Source: Azolla caroliniana (taxonomy: Eukaryota > Plantae > Polypodiophyta). From it: 64,000 bases of DNA. Location of the stretch: the NCBI GenBank assembly GCA_043228905.1, contig JBHGNT010000007.1, positions 20,026,001 to 20,090,000 of the forward strand, in the 5' to 3' direction. Position 1 is the first letter of the stretch, and each line of letters begins with the position of its first letter. The position numbers were made by a program, and so were the translations under genes. Positions 1 to 14,500 of this stretch are shown one piece after another. The notes under the pieces are model-generated. The model had not been told where the DNA came from. It was given only the letters and a program-made list of their open reading frames with translations, and made no database searches.

Positions 1-354
1 TGATGAGATCATTAAGAAACCCATGATAAAATATAAAAAACCATTAATGTTAAAAGTAAGAAATGTGATGAGTGCTCTAAGTACGAAAGAAAACCACAAA
101 TGTGTAGAAGTGACAACCTATTGATGTCAAGTTTTCTCTCAATTCATTTTATGTTCTTTCATTGTTTTGATTCATATTTATCATCTATGGAACAAGAAAT
201 TAATGTAGGTAATGTAGTTACAGTACCCATATTTTCATTGCTCTATATCCTTTGAAATGTATACCCCATCTTAGGGAAGGCAAGCATATGGCATATACTC
301 CTTAAAGAGCTCAAATGTCTATGATGTATATCCCCAACTAATATCATCTAGTTA

Positions 355-575
355 TAAATTTGTATCTAAAAAGACATCAAAATAATGTTTGGATACATTT
401 CAAGATTTAAATTATATGACCCTTCATTCGAATTTATATCTCAAAAGGCATCATTATAATAGTTGAATACGCTTCATGATTTAAGTTACAACACCCTTTA
501 TTCAAATTTATAACTAAAAAGGTATCATTATAATAACCGAATACACTTCATGATTTAAATTTCATGACCCTTGAT
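355..575. repeat. Intronic tandem repeat, about 74 bp x 3, degenerate
   Basis: The motif atctaaaaag..catca..ataat...gatttaa recurs at 364, 438 and 512. Confidence 0.75.
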
Positions 576-592
576 TGATTGAGAGGTTTAAC

Positions 593-2769
593 CTGTCCAG
601 ACCGAAGGTGAACACGGTGTGTAAGCGCCAAATGAGAAGTGCCAAAAGCAACCGGAAGACCTGCTGCCTCGATTAAGTCACAGCCATCAGGCACCACAAA
701 GCTGGAAACGCGAAAGGAATCAAATAATGCATTGATGTGTTATATATGTGGAAACACTGGACATTGTTGACACTTACATGCTATTATAAATGTCTTAATA
801 AACCAAAATGAAGAACAGTAGAACTTGAATTTATCTTAAATCCAGAAGCAAGTAAATGAAAAGTTAGAAGGCCTGTTCGATATGCCAGACAATTTATTTA
901 GTTCGACAACAAATGCATGAAGAATGCTCAGACATAGATGTGATAGAATTAAGTATCTATGTTAATGGCTCTTTACCACTTAATCATATTGTAAAATGGT
1001 TATTGTTCTTATGGAAGAAAAAATGTCTGATAAGAATCATGATTATTTCCTTCCTGCAGGCTACCTTTCATCAATCCTTGAAGTTTCTATACTTTGGATA
1101 TAATCTCTTATATTCAAACTATATAGCTAGTACTTCACATTGATGATTGTGTTTCTACACTCCAGAACTTAGGGTTTTTTAAATTTCGGTATTTATGGTT
1201 TAGTTTCTACACTTATGAACCTTCTTTTTGCAGTTTTTTTACAAACCAAAGATAATAATATCTGTGGTTATGTTTTTATTCTTACGATGTTATCCCATAA
1301 AAACAAATTATAATTCTATTGGCATAGAAGGCTTGTACTATTGCCTTTGATGCCTAAGGTTTTATACTGAGCATAATATCCCTTAAGAAAAAAAACTGTT
1401 ATTAAAGTGAATGAATTAAAGACACTTGGGGTTTAGGGGTTTACTAAAGTTACAAAATGAAGATGGCCATTCTTCACATAGAACGCCTCTTCACATAGTT
1501 GTACTTCACATCTATGGCTCTGTTTCTATACTCAACAATATATATGAATATATAATATTGAGGCTGTGCTTTTAACTTGGAAGTACACTTTGAATCCAAT
1601 GGATTTCAATATTGTGGTCACAAAAGTTGTACAAAATCAAATGATATATTTCAACAGCGAGTCAAATAAAAGTTTTATCTCGTATCAAATTAGTTTATAT
1701 AGTGAATCACAATATATTTTTGGATTAAAACTAAACATCAATAGTGAATCACATGTTTTTTGAAATGAAACTAAAAATAATTAGTGAATAAAGGTCTACA
1801 TATAGTTTATATTGAATCAAATTATAAATAATCTATAAACCAAATAGAAACTTCATATAGGCTACAATCCAAATAGAAACTATATATCGCCTATATTTCA
1901 AGTTGAAACTATATGTGGCCTTTTTATTTAGAATCAAAACTAAATAGCTGATATTTGGAATCAAAAGCATACAGAGCATGTCTATTTCAAGTCAAAACTA
2001 TAGACAGCCTATGTATTTAGAATCAAATACACAGCCAGAACTATACACAGCTTATATATTTCAAATCAAAACTATGCAAAGTGTATACATTCTGAATCAT
2101 AATTATACACGTGCTCTCTATATTTCCAATCATAACTATACATAAATAGACAAACCATATATTTTGAATCAAAGCTATACATAACCTATTTATTTGGAAT
2201 TGAAACAATGATCCAAACAAAAAATCATATGATATTGTTTGGATCAAAACCTTAAACTCAATTGTGATTAAAAAAATAAAATCTCAATTAAATTATAAAT
2301 AAATAAATACATAAAAACAAATTGAGTATAAATCAAACAAAAATGCATAAATAAATTTGAACCACGAAAGAACACAAAATATGATATTTTGGGTATGCAA
2401 ATTCAGAAAGAGCAAACACACTCACAGTTTACTTTCCGAGATAACATGCTCCTCAGCAAACGAGCCGATTTCACCAAGGCCACAAACTGCGTCTCCAATC
2501 CGAACCAGAGAAACTTCCGATCCGACTTCTTCAACGATGCCACAAAAATCACTCCCGGGGACGAAAGGCAGCGTGTGCTTCTCTTGATAGGATCCCTTGA
2601 TCGAGAGAAGAGTTGCATAGTTCAGGCTCACAGCTCTCACTCGCACCCTAACATCATCTGGCCAGAGCAGAGAAGGTCTAGGATGGTCTTCATCGATGAA
2701 CAGGGGAGAAGCTTCGGATGAGAGAGGGATTGTAGGGTCCCCTAAGGCTCGGCAAACCAAAGCTCTCAT
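593..2769 (-). CDS. Quinone oxidoreductase-like protein (MDR / zeta-crystallin family), 5' exons; gene continues left of the window
   Basis: Exon 1, 2769-2426: MRALVCRALGDP...VRVRAVSLNYA...PFVPGSDFCGIVEEVG, GTGAG donor. Exon 2, 701-593: FVVPDGCDLIEAAGLPVAFGTSHLALTHRVHLRSGQ, AG/GT flanks, frame-compatible. Confidence 0.9.
1780..2260. repeat. Degenerate intronic minisatellite (about 30 bp)
   Basis: Variants of (g/a)aatcaaaactatacacagcctatatattt recur. Confidence 0.55.
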
Positions 2770-2854
2770 CCTTGTCTGCGTACTTCTGCTCTCTTCTTCA
2801 AGTTACTCTGTTTTTATCTCTTTCACCTGCGCTTGCTCTGTTTTGCTTCAATTG

Positions 2855-2960
2855 GATATACATACATATATCTGTATAGACTGTATGTATGTATGTATGT
2901 ATGTATCATATGTGTACATATACATATACATATGTATATGTATACATACACATACACATA
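2855..2960. repeat. (TATG)/(CATA)/(CA) compound microsatellite
   Basis: Seen directly in the sequence. Confidence 0.9.
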
Positions 2961-3966
2961 CTTCGTGTACAATGGCTACTTGTGCATCGAGCCTTGCCTG
3001 CTGGTACATGATTTTTTAAAAATAAATAAAAATAAATTAAAGATATCCTATCTTTAGTGTAATCATTTTACAAAATTTACATTCTATGTGATTGGGGGGG
3101 GGGGGGGGGAACAACCATTTCAGAGGTTGAAAATGCCAATAAGGAGTACCACAGTTGGCACATGGTTGCATAAGGTGGGCGCATCCTCTAGTTGTGCTCG
3201 CTGTCATTTACAAGTTGAAACTCGGAAACATTGTCTATGGGACCACACTAAGTCTCAACTGGAATGGCAATGCTCCCTTAGAATATTTGCTAGCTACTTC
3301 CACCCCCCCCCCCCCCCCCCCCCCCCCATCGGTATTCACCTGGGAAATGGTGGTTTGGACATCACTTGCCCGCTCTATTTTCCATTACGATGCTGAATCC
3401 ATGGACCATGGTTTCACACTAACTCTAGAAGTGTTCGTGTACTTCCATCAACGTCTTTGTAGTTTTTAGGGATAAGGAAGGAGGTGCAACCACCATGGGA
3501 GATATTGAGTAGTACTATTACATATAACATCTAGAAGGCTCGATGCTCTCTCCTTTTTCATCAACGTCTTTGTAGTTTTTAGGGATAAGGAAGGAGGTGC
3601 AACCACCATGGGAGATATTGAGTAGTACTACTACATATAACATCTGGAAGGCTCGATGCTCTCTCCTTTTTCATCAAGTTAGAGCCTCACCAATTGAATT
3701 GGTGCTAATATTTTGGCTAGACATGATTCATACTTTGAAGGGTCGATGGGATGGTATTATTGGAGACTTAGATGATAAAGGTGCTCATCGCCATCAATTT
3801 CTTACTTTGTGGAAAGCTACTCCACTTTTGTCCTCGAAGAATGACACTTCTTTTTGCAAATGTCAGCCACCAAGATGGTTGTTCCCTCTGTCAATCACTT
3901 AGGAATTAGAACTTTGTAAATCGTTTAGACTAATGAATGGATATCTTTTCAAAAAAAACAAAAAAC
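2960..3966 (+). mobile_element. 5'-truncated L1-like LINE 3' end (zf-RVT and ORF2 C-terminus), degenerate, copy A
   Basis: VGTWLHKVG..CARCHLQVETRKHCLWD zinc finger, then WKARCSLLFHQ...PPRWLFP and an A-rich tail. Colinear with copies at 34.4-36.0 kb and 36.8-37.5 kb. Contains an internal 113-bp duplication (3446/3559). Confidence 0.85.
3014..3153 (-). mobile_element. Short antisense LINE 3'-end insertion nested in copy A
   Basis: The reverse complement matches about 35915-36035. Flanked by an imperfect 14-bp duplication gctggtacatgatt (3000-3013) / gttggcacatggtt (3154-3167). Confidence 0.8.
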
Positions 3967-5226
3967 TAGCATCCGAATTGTCTACATCACGTAATAGCCA
4001 TAGTTGGACCCATTGGGTTGCATTGGGATGTGCATTTTGTGATGTCTTCCCTCAATTTGGATGTAACTGTCTTGCGACGTGCTACAATTTTAATGTACAA
4101 CCATATCTAACAAAGTCTTCAAGGTGCGGGTCGCCACATTATTCAATGGATTGTAGAAGACTATTGGGATCGTCATCTTCTAAGCTAAGCATCCATGCTG
4201 ATTGGACTGTGCCACATCTTCTTCCAAAGCACCCAATGGCCCACGTGCAATGTGGGTAGGAATCATAATCTCACTCCAACATACAATCGAGGATGTCGTC
4301 CACCTTGGAGCTTTGCTTGCCAAGTTGCACCCAAAGTGAATCAACGATCTAATACCTACTAGAGACCTCTTAGGGGTAGTGTATATTCTATCCACATGTT
4401 AAATAGGCTTATCATCTATTTGGATGCCATCTCCTCCCCCTGCTTGGCACAACAACTGCAAATCAACCTCAAGCATTAACAGTAATAGGTCTAGTCTTCA
4501 ACATACAAGTTGGAACTTGTTTTTTACGGTAAAATCAACATGTATTACAAATCAAGGGCCACAATCGGATTTAGTGTACAAAATAACTGTTTCCAAAACA
4601 CAGAGGCATACCTAACTAACATATTACCGGTTGTCATGTCCCATGATCTTGTGGCTTTTCTAGTTACTCCAAGGTGGACAGTTCCAACATTTGGTGCTTC
4701 CTCATTAGAATATGATGTAATCTCCTAACATTGGGCCAGTCCACCTCCTTCCATCGAACTTTGATTTTTGCCCTTCTCGGTTTAGTTAGTGTTGATTCAA
4801 ACGGTTGGTTCTGTCCGTCACCATTGGTTGATAAACCACCACCATCTTCGGATATCACAATCCCGTGCGTCTTACATTGAAATATTGGAGTTTGGAATCA
4901 ACATATTAGTAAAGCCATACATTTTAAATGTCACTAATCTTGAGATTCATACTTACATAAGATTCATATCCAGCAACAATCTTTAACTTGAGCTTCTCCT
5001 TTCGTTGATTTGTATACTGCCATCTTGTCATGTGTGAATTTGGCAATGAATTCTAACTCTTTTCCAAGTTTAGAGTTCTTACAGAGTGGTATGGAACTGG
5101 TTAGTTGCTCTTGTCTTCAGCTTTCTCACATATGATCGATGAGTTCTAATGTAATTTACCTCAAGATCCAGTAAACGCTTTATTGACTGTTGCCTTTCGT
5201 AGTTTTTGAAGAATGATGGGTCACTC

Positions 5227-5990
<764 letters not shown>

Positions 5991-6005
5991 TGCTCAGACA
6001 GGCCC

Positions 6006-7844
6006 ATGTTAGCTTCTCGCATGAATACCCATGTCTTCTCTGTTTCTGCTCATCTCTTCACAATTAGCAGCCATGGTGATTCAACAAAGCTTCATCAGAA
6101 GAAAGATTATCCGATGAATCAATGCATCATCACTGATTCGTCAACTGTCGACATAAATCAAATACTTTCATCGACACCTAACTTGGCCTCTTTGGCCTAT
6201 TGTATCAGATTGTGTGGGGGCTCAAAAGACGTTTCCAGTGGTAAGATAATTCATGAGTACATTAAAAAGCATAGGTTTCATGCCAACAGATACATCAGTA
6301 ATTGTCTTGTTCTTATGTATGCTGAGTGTGAAAGAATGGATGATGCCCAAGAGGTTTTTGATGGTATTTCTTGTCCAAATAGCTTCTCATGGAGTATACT
6401 AATCAGAGGGTACGCTCAAAACAATAGATTATGTGATGCAAAACATGTGCTTTATAGTAATCCTAATGCCGATACTATTGCTTGGAATACTATGATTTCA
6501 GCATATGCCCAAAAAAGAGAAGGAATACAAGCATTTGATATGTTTTGGGAAATGCAAAATAAAGGTGTAGAACCAGATATGGTTACTTTTTTATGCATTT
6601 TTGAGGCGTGCTCTAGTTTAATTACTCTTGAAGAAGCACGTGAGTTTCTTATAGCTTTTAGTAAGAGCAAATACTATGAAGATATCACATTGAGAACAGC
6701 CCTTGTGAGCCTGTATGGGAAGTTTGGAAGGATTGATGATGCAAGGATGGTTTTTGATGGAATGTTGTATCATGATGTAGTATCATGGAATGCTATGATC
6801 GGAGCTTATGCGCAGAATGGCCATGATAAGAAGGCTTTGGAACTTTTCCATCAGATGAATGGACATGGTATAATGCCAACACGCATAACGTTTGTATCAA
6901 CTCTTGATGCTTGTTCAGGTCTTCGTGATCTTGAAGAGGGATTTCAGTTTCATGCATATTGTGTTCTCCTTGCGTATGAAGATGATATTTCCATTGGAAA
7001 TGCTTTGGTTAATGTGTATGGGAAGTGTGGGTATTTGCATGAAGCTATAGATTCTTTCAGTAGAATACATCGGCACAATGTGGTCTCTTGGACGACACTC
7101 ATGAAAGCTTACTTAGATAACGAACAGGCTGAACAAACACTTATTGTATTTTGGAAAATACGCCTTGACGGCATAAGCCCAAATAAAGTGACATTCATTT
7201 GTGCTCTAGATGCGTGCTCGAACATGATTTCCCTAGACAATGGTCTAAAAATACATACTGAGGCTGTGAATCATGGTTGTGAGGATAATGTTTTAGTTGC
7301 AACAGCTCTTATTGATATGTACGGAAAATGTGGTCTTGTAAAAGATGCAATGAATGTATTTAGAAAAATAGGACAACAAGATATCACATCGTGGAATGCT
7401 ATGCTAACAGCATGTGCAAAGAATGGGCATGGTGCAGCGACCCTTACTCTTTTCTATCAGATGTACAAAGATGGATTTACACCAAACACTGTATCTTTTA
7501 TTTGTGTCCTTACTGTATGTAGTCATATGGGTTGGGTTGAAGATGGAAGGAGATATTTCATGTCTTTGTATAAGGAATTCAACATGAGGCCCACACTAGA
7601 GCATTGTGCTTGTATGATAGATGTTCTCGGAAGAGCTGGTCGTTTGGAAGAAGCTGAAGATTTAGTGGATACTATACCAGTTGTGGTTTTGCTTTCCATC
7701 TGGACGAGTTTGCTTGCTGCATGCAGGATTCATGGTGATGTGCATCGAGGTTCACGTATTGCTAATTATTTTTCTGAATTTGATGAAATGGATCCAGGAT
7801 CGTATTTGTTGTTGGCTGATATTTATGCTGCAGAGAGTGGCTGA
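6006..7844 (+). CDS. PLS-class pentatricopeptide repeat protein with E domain (putative organellar RNA-editing factor), intronless
   Basis: PLS motifs (VVSWNAMIGAYAQNG, LIDMYGKCG), canonical S2 HCACMIDVLGRAGRLEEA, E1 WTSLLAACRIHGDV, ends within E2. First ATG after the microsatellite is at 6006; the ORF-track extension to 5886 is repeat-derived. Confidence 0.92.
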   Translation: MLASRMNTHVFSVSAHLFTISSHGDSTKLHQKKDYPMNQCIITDSSTVDINQILSSTPNLASLAYCIRLCGGSKDVSSGKIIHEYIKKHRFHANRYISNCLVLMYAECERMDDAQEVFDGISCPNSFSWSILIRGYAQNNRLCDAKHVLYSNPNADTIAWNTMISAYAQKREGIQAFDMFWEMQNKGVEPDMVTFLCIFEACSSLITLEEAREFLIAFSKSKYYEDITLRTALVSLYGKFGRIDDARMVFDGMLYHDVVSWNAMIGAYAQNGHDKKALELFHQMNGHGIMPTRITFVSTLDACSGLRDLEEGFQFHAYCVLLAYEDDISIGNALVNVYGKCGYLHEAIDSFSRIHRHNVVSWTTLMKAYLDNEQAEQTLIVFWKIRLDGISPNKVTFICALDACSNMISLDNGLKIHTEAVNHGCEDNVLVATALIDMYGKCGLVKDAMNVFRKIGQQDITSWNAMLTACAKNGHGAATLTLFYQMYKDGFTPNTVSFICVLTVCSHMGWVEDGRRYFMSLYKEFNMRPTLEHCACMIDVLGRAGRLEEAEDLVDTIPVVVLLSIWTSLLAACRIHGDVHRGSRIANYFSEFDEMDPGSYLLLADIYAAESG

Positions 7845-9883
7845 TCTATGGAAAAAAATTGCAATTATTATTGGAGTGAAGACTTGTATACCTAGAGTGG
7901 GGATTTGTTCCATGTATAGAACAGTGATGTGGAGTATTCCTAGGGTATTTTACTCAAATTCTAATTAAGAACCCATATGAGAGCTTAAGCAATAAGGCAT
8001 TTACTACCACTTGAGTGTTCAGTCTCTTTCTAACACTTTCTCTCACGTTTTACTCATTTTCGAACTTGCCACTCCAGAAACTGGTATTAGACCATTTTGA
8101 GAGTGTTTTTGTCAAGAGCTGTCAGAAAGGTGGTTTCAGCGTGTACAATAAACAGCTTCAAGTCTCCAAGAAAAGTTTTCGTCATTGTTATCGTCTGACA
8201 GAAGTATGAATATTTTTATGCCTTGTTCATTTTCTACTTCTATGCCATGCCTACAATCACAGGAGACTTTCCTGCCTCCCAACTATAGTGACATCCAGCC
8301 CCAGCACGGTATCACTGTGGCTCTCTGGAGCTTCAAGACCACTTTATCCTCTTCCTTGATGGTGCCCAATCCTTAGGCTGCCCATCCATGACCCATTCAG
8401 TCATCATATTTGCCGACCTCATCCTCTGCAAACGCGGTATCCTCACTTCTTGGCACTATAGCCATAGTATTGCCATCTTCTCTGATGCCGCTATTAAAAC
8501 ACTTCAGCTAGCCAGACTTGAGAATTATCATTTACATGTGGTGGAAAAGTTGTCCGACATTTTCATTTGAATGGGAAGAAGTATAAGAGGGTTAAGAAGA
8601 AGAAAAACTTCAACATCCTCATCGACATGAGAAGAAGCAAAAAAGAATAAAGAAGAAAGCGAATATCAAGAAGATGAAGCAGAAGATTATTGTTACCACT
8701 ATCTCTATCCCCCCTCACTGCAGCACCGCTTCTGTGCAACAAAAAAGAACAATATTAGATTCTTTTTCTTTTCCCATGAGGAAAAAGAATATCTTGCATT
8801 TAACTAGTTTTGAAACAGCAACACCTTCAAACAAGACCACTTTATTCAATTGGGGTAAGTGCATTTGTTTCTTTTTCTTTCTTTTAGAAAAACATATCTT
8901 TAAATTTCTCTTCTCTATTATGTTTTAAAACCCATGTGCGTCTTGAATCTTTCAAATCACTTCTATTAAATCCTGTGCCTCATCATCAGATTTCTGTTCT
9001 TATGCCTTGTCAAAAGAATTCCCCACAACACATGATTAGTTTTTTACTTAATTTCCAACATCGGTAACTTTTTGCCTCTTTTCTCACAAGTACTTTCCAT
9101 ACGTGAGAGTATTTGGTGTCTTTGACTCATCTGTGGTATTTTCCCATCATGACTCTTTTGGCATCACCACTTCTTGATACTGACTCAGATTTCAACATCA
9201 TAAGTTACGATGTATTTTGATCTCTTGGCAATTAACAAGTATGACAGCATGAACTCAGTATTCTAGAAGGTCTAAATGATGTTCTCATTCAAAAGGGCCA
9301 AGTTACACCTATGACCAGTAATCAACCAACCAAATTGGAGGATGTTATCATCCAGTATTATTTATTCAGATGCACTTGAAAGGTGAAATTATGATAGTCT
9401 TAAAAAATCTTGCCTTATTCTGTCCATTCTTCTTCTCATGGTCCTGTTCTCTCTTTTCAATGTTCTTTGTTAAATTTTAGAAACATACTCCAACAAACAT
9501 GTATATGGCTGCCAATTATAAAGTGGTGAAGTCTAATGGTGTAAACTCACCTTGTACTCCATGAAATGTTAAGAAAGAAGATTTTTTATGTCTATGAACA
9601 GAAACCTTTGTTGAGAGGTCAGCGTACGAGAATCAATCCAAAAAATGCTTGAAGTGAAAATCTAATATTGCAAGGGTATGATTGAGAAACTCAAAGAAGA
9701 GAATAATAAAAAGAAGAGAAATCCTCAAGTCTAGTTGAATGGGGTGTTAGAATCTTAGGATTGATGGTCAATGTTGGTTCAATCATTGAGGGGGCTTTGA
9801 TGTTCTATGATCTATGTGTGTGTGTGTGTGTGTGTGCCAATATCAATCTTTAGACAGATAGTTGCAATGTGTCTATCAGGAAT

Positions 9884-10104
9884 AATATAGTTTGGTTAGG
9901 CACAATCTGAATCCAAAAACATAATGATATGGCTATAACCTGGCACACAGCAGAATTGAAGAAATATAGTTTGGTTAGGCACAATCTGAATCCAACAACA
10001 TAATGATATGGCTAAACCTGGCACACAGCAGAATTGAAGAAATATAATTTGGTTAGGCACAATCTGAATCCAAAAACATAATGGTATGACTATAACCTGG
10101 CACA
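9884..10104. repeat. Tandem repeat, 78-79 bp x about 2.8
   Basis: aatata(g/a)tttggttaggcacaatctgaatccaa... starts at 9884, 9963 and 10041. Confidence 0.9.
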
Positions 10105-11504
10105 TTTATCTCTTTGGGTACCTACACAGCTTAGAATGGAGTCCCGAAGATGTCCAATTGTACATTGACCTTAATGAAAGTGCTGAAAATGAACAAGCTT
10201 ATTTTCTGCCAAGTGATCATCATTTATATGTTACCAATATATACAATGGAGGTGAAGGATACTGGAGTAATTCTGATAAGGAAAAAGATCAACTTTTGTG
10301 AGCATCAATCCTCCATGAATTATTGTAAATATAAGGTAATATTTTATAAATAGAAAAAAGGATAATCTAGACAGCATTTGCTCAGATTTCTGGAATCCTT
10401 GTGTTCCTCAAAGAGGAAGTTTGCAATGTATAACATAAATTTAAGACAACAATTTGATATCCAAACTGTCCAAATATGTAGGAAAATGTCCATTGATATG
10501 CAAAAATCTAATGTTTGAAATGTCAAATAATCCCCATTGGGATGGGAATTACATATACACCTAGCTTTAATATCTCTGCTTAATCTTCTCCCCATCGACA
10601 TGAAAATGCAGTTTCCTTCTTGAAACTAAATTCTCGAGGAAATGTCCACCCATGCCTTCCTGCATATGAAGCAGAGACTATACACCTTCCACATATACAA
10701 GCAGCAACTATATTCTCAAGGAATCCTCCAAACCTTGCATAGTCTAGCAGACACTCTATTCTAAATGCACACCAATCATGCGAAAAAGGAGGTATGCCAA
10801 CATTCAACAATGTGATATATATAATACAGCATTCAGGCATTCTCTAAAAACTCTCAAAACCATTGGTTGACCATCCATAGTGCGCTATCATGGATCATGG
10901 ATCCTAGATGGATAAAAGACCAGTTTTTTGGAATGCATAATGCCCATGGAAAGAAATTTTCTATAAATTAAAGGGCAATTAAGTCGATCACCTATCGATA
11001 CAATATTGCACAGTTCAAGATATCCCAGGTTCATAATTTCAATCTTATTTATGGATCCTGGAAAGATATTGGACCTCTTCAGTTCCTCATTGCATGTAAG
11101 TTAAGCAATCAGGTTCAGATCAAAATAAGCTCAAAATTGATAGAAACAAAGATTTTGTAAAACCAGTTTGAAACTCATCAAACAACAATGCTGTGTCAAG
11201 TAACACTGTTAATTTACATAAACTTGTTTGCCTGGTGACTTGGAAACACCTAGCTCATCTAGCCTTCCAAATGATTCAGTCAGTTAAGTTCACTGTACAT
11301 TGCATGCAGAGGACCCAATAGGGAGACTTCCATCTGATCCTGATGAGATATTAGAGTTTTTCAAACATGATTTCCTTATCAGTCTTCATTGAGATATGAC
11401 AGTGATATGTCATTGCATGGCAGTACACCATTCATTTGATTACTCTAGACAGCAATTACACTCATCGGAGAGCTTGTCTGTAGCATGTCATTGTTGATGG
11501 GAGA

Positions 11505-14500
11505 TCAGGCAAACACTGCCCTTTGCTGTTTTGCAGACAGTATTTCTGCAAATGGCCCATTCATTTCTGTAGAAATGTTCCCTGAATTGTTAGCATCAAC
11601 CTCTTGTTCACCATTTCCTGCCAAGGTATGTGCTGCTTCAATAATGAATGGATTGTTATCAGTTGCATACAGAATCTTCTGTACAGCCACCACAACCTGC
11701 GCTATGACAAAACTCTGGTAAGCACATACAAGTCCCAAGAATCATTAGAATTGGACTACCTAATGTATCAGCTACAAAACATATTAAAACTCACAGGAAG
11801 GTTTTCAAGATCGGGGTTTTGGCACATAATTTCGATATCCCTCAGTTTTCCAAAGTAAAAATCTCTCTCTTTCTCAAGATTGTCTAATGTGAGCTTCAAT
11901 TCTGTAATCTGCAGACATTTAGTAGAAAAGAAATCAGGCTTTGATCAATGCATTCATCCATCCTTAACATAATCGTATTTTATGCATTTATTCCAAATCT
12001 ACTTTTTACTTCACTTGGGTCCTGAGATGCTAAATCATTGTTCATGGGAAACCTGACATTCTATTGATTATGGCAATAAATGTGACTGAAATAATCAGTT
12101 TAAGGTCTCCACTCTTCCTAAAATGAACTGCAATGAATGCTTAAAGATGGCATTACCAGAAAATCAAATTTACCTGCTCATTCAAAACCTGCATCTGTGA
12201 TGAAGAAGAGTAGCTAGAGAATGAGTGTTGCTTGGCTAGTTTATTTCCTGCACGCCCAAAAATCACAAGAAAATTGGGATTTATGAACTTGCAAGCAGTT
12301 ACAAAGTATTTTTATCATCCAGACAATAGAACGAGAATGCAGACATAATCCATAGGAAGACAATATCTAAAATATGAGATAGAGGAACATATTTCCACAT
12401 CCTTTGTAAGTCCAAATTATTGGGGCCCCAAAATATTACAAACAGAACCGTTTCCCTATCATAATCTACAACTCTAATGCATCAACATATTTCTATATCC
12501 TTTTGAATAGAGTTATTATTGGAGCAAATAAGGAAACAATTCTACACCTTCACTGCCAACAAGAAGATATCACTCTTTTCATTTGACAGTTCTAGACTCC
12601 ACTAATGTGTGACGTTATCTATGCACAAAGAGAAAGGCAATAATGACAGATAGAATGAGCTCTACAATCAATTGTTCTCTATCTACTACAATGCGGTTAT
12701 TTTACTGGTATCAAGACCTTACTGAGGCAACAACAAATGGGAGAAAAAATTTATTTTCAAAATTGAGCACACAAACATGCATAAATACAACAGAATTAAC
12801 AAGAAAATAAAGGTTATTGAATTTTCAGTGCCTGTATTTCCGTCCGTTGTCTCTGTAGGAGATTGAGGGCCAACATCTGTGCGGTACATAGATGCTAGTG
12901 AAGGGTTTGGCGCCAATTTTGAAATTCCAACTGCAGCTTTTACAGATGAAGCCTGTGACGCAAAGCCCCCTGCTTTTCTATTTGCTTCCTTCCCTCCTTT
13001 ACATAGCTCTCTTCTTTCGAGCGCATTATATCTGCACAAATCACAAGAAGTATTTTTTTCTTGATATTTAAATATCATCCCTTTCTTTAACCCTAATAAT
13101 AACCCTCTCTCTAGAAATTTTGATTTTTTGAAGTCAAATTTCTATGACATACTCTTGCTTGAACCTTGAATATTAAACTTACCTGTCATAGATACCCCGA
13201 TTCACTGAATCACAATAACGTTTCAGCCACTGCAGAAACTCTAGATTATCTAGAGGCCGACCTTTAATGAGTTTATTGACTTCAATGTGCTGCACAACCC
13301 ATCATATAGTTTTCCTCATTAAAAAGACATGGTATATAAAACTAAAACACGTCTAATATGAAGTAGTTGTTACAAATTGCTGCATAAGACAAGATAAAAT
13401 TGATACTACCTTTTCTAGCTTCAGCTTGGTAAAAACATCTTGTAGAACTTTGTAATTTTGTATCTTGTCATACTCTGTCTTGGCATCATAGTTGACCTAT
13501 GTTTCAACACAGGAAAACAGTAAGACTGATAAGACTGGGATGACTTTAGCAGGAGAAACTAAGTTCATATAGAGAACATACCTTATGCATTGGTACCACG
13601 CCTGGATGGGTAGCATCAATAAGTTGACATTGAACTGCCCCTCCTGCTGCCTGAACCAATGTGTATCAGAATATATCAACATAAACAATCCATTCATAAA
13701 ATAATACTGATCACATTAAAAGAGATAGTTTACGCATTCCTCTCAGAAGCTCAATAGTAGTGTTACAATCTTCAATGTTTCTTAGATGGTACAGTGACAG
13801 GCTTCCTTTTGATGTGCTTCTATGTAAATGAGAAAAAACGGGGCTAAAAAATCTTTCCTTTTCTAGTCATGGCAATGTTAAGTTACAACCATTGTACACA
13901 AAAAAAACTCACCACCCAGACAAATTTGCTGGTACTTCCTCATAACTTTCCTATGATTTCATGCAAAAGAAGGGAACAGAGTATGCAACCAGATTACCTT
14001 AATTTCGTTCATGAAAGCAAAATTGATCGATCGGAAACATTGATAAATTGGATCAAAATCCGAAACACAGTGTCTACTGAAAGTGGTATTTTTCACATAA
14101 CATGCCATTACTTAATATGTGAAAAGGGATCTTCACTAACCGTAAATATTTACATAGGGAACAAAACAAATTTTGAAGAGAGTTGTGGTATTCTCTCATA
14201 ACACCAACTAAAATTCATGCATGAAACACTCAATCGATCCTAAATGTTTAAAAAGGAAAGAAACCTGGAATACTCTTTTGAGACTTTCCATTCGAGATGT
14301 GATATTTTATCATAGCATCCCATTTTTTCATAGAACACAATGTGATTGGAAATAAGCGAGGAGGGAGCAAAACCGAAAATAAACTTCTAGAATTTGTATT
14401 GTATTCCGATAAGTTTTTGATATTTTCTGATAGCATTTCATTATTTCATGAGACTCGGACCCAATCAACAAACAATAACAAAATCCAAAATAAACTTCTA

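Noticed and set aside
3970-5225. Possible decayed coding or TE sequence on the minus strand
   Set aside because: Only short ORFs and no motif I can recognise.
10086-10301. 71-aa ORF with protein-like composition
   Set aside because: Starts inside a tandem repeat, no recognisable family, no supporting exons.
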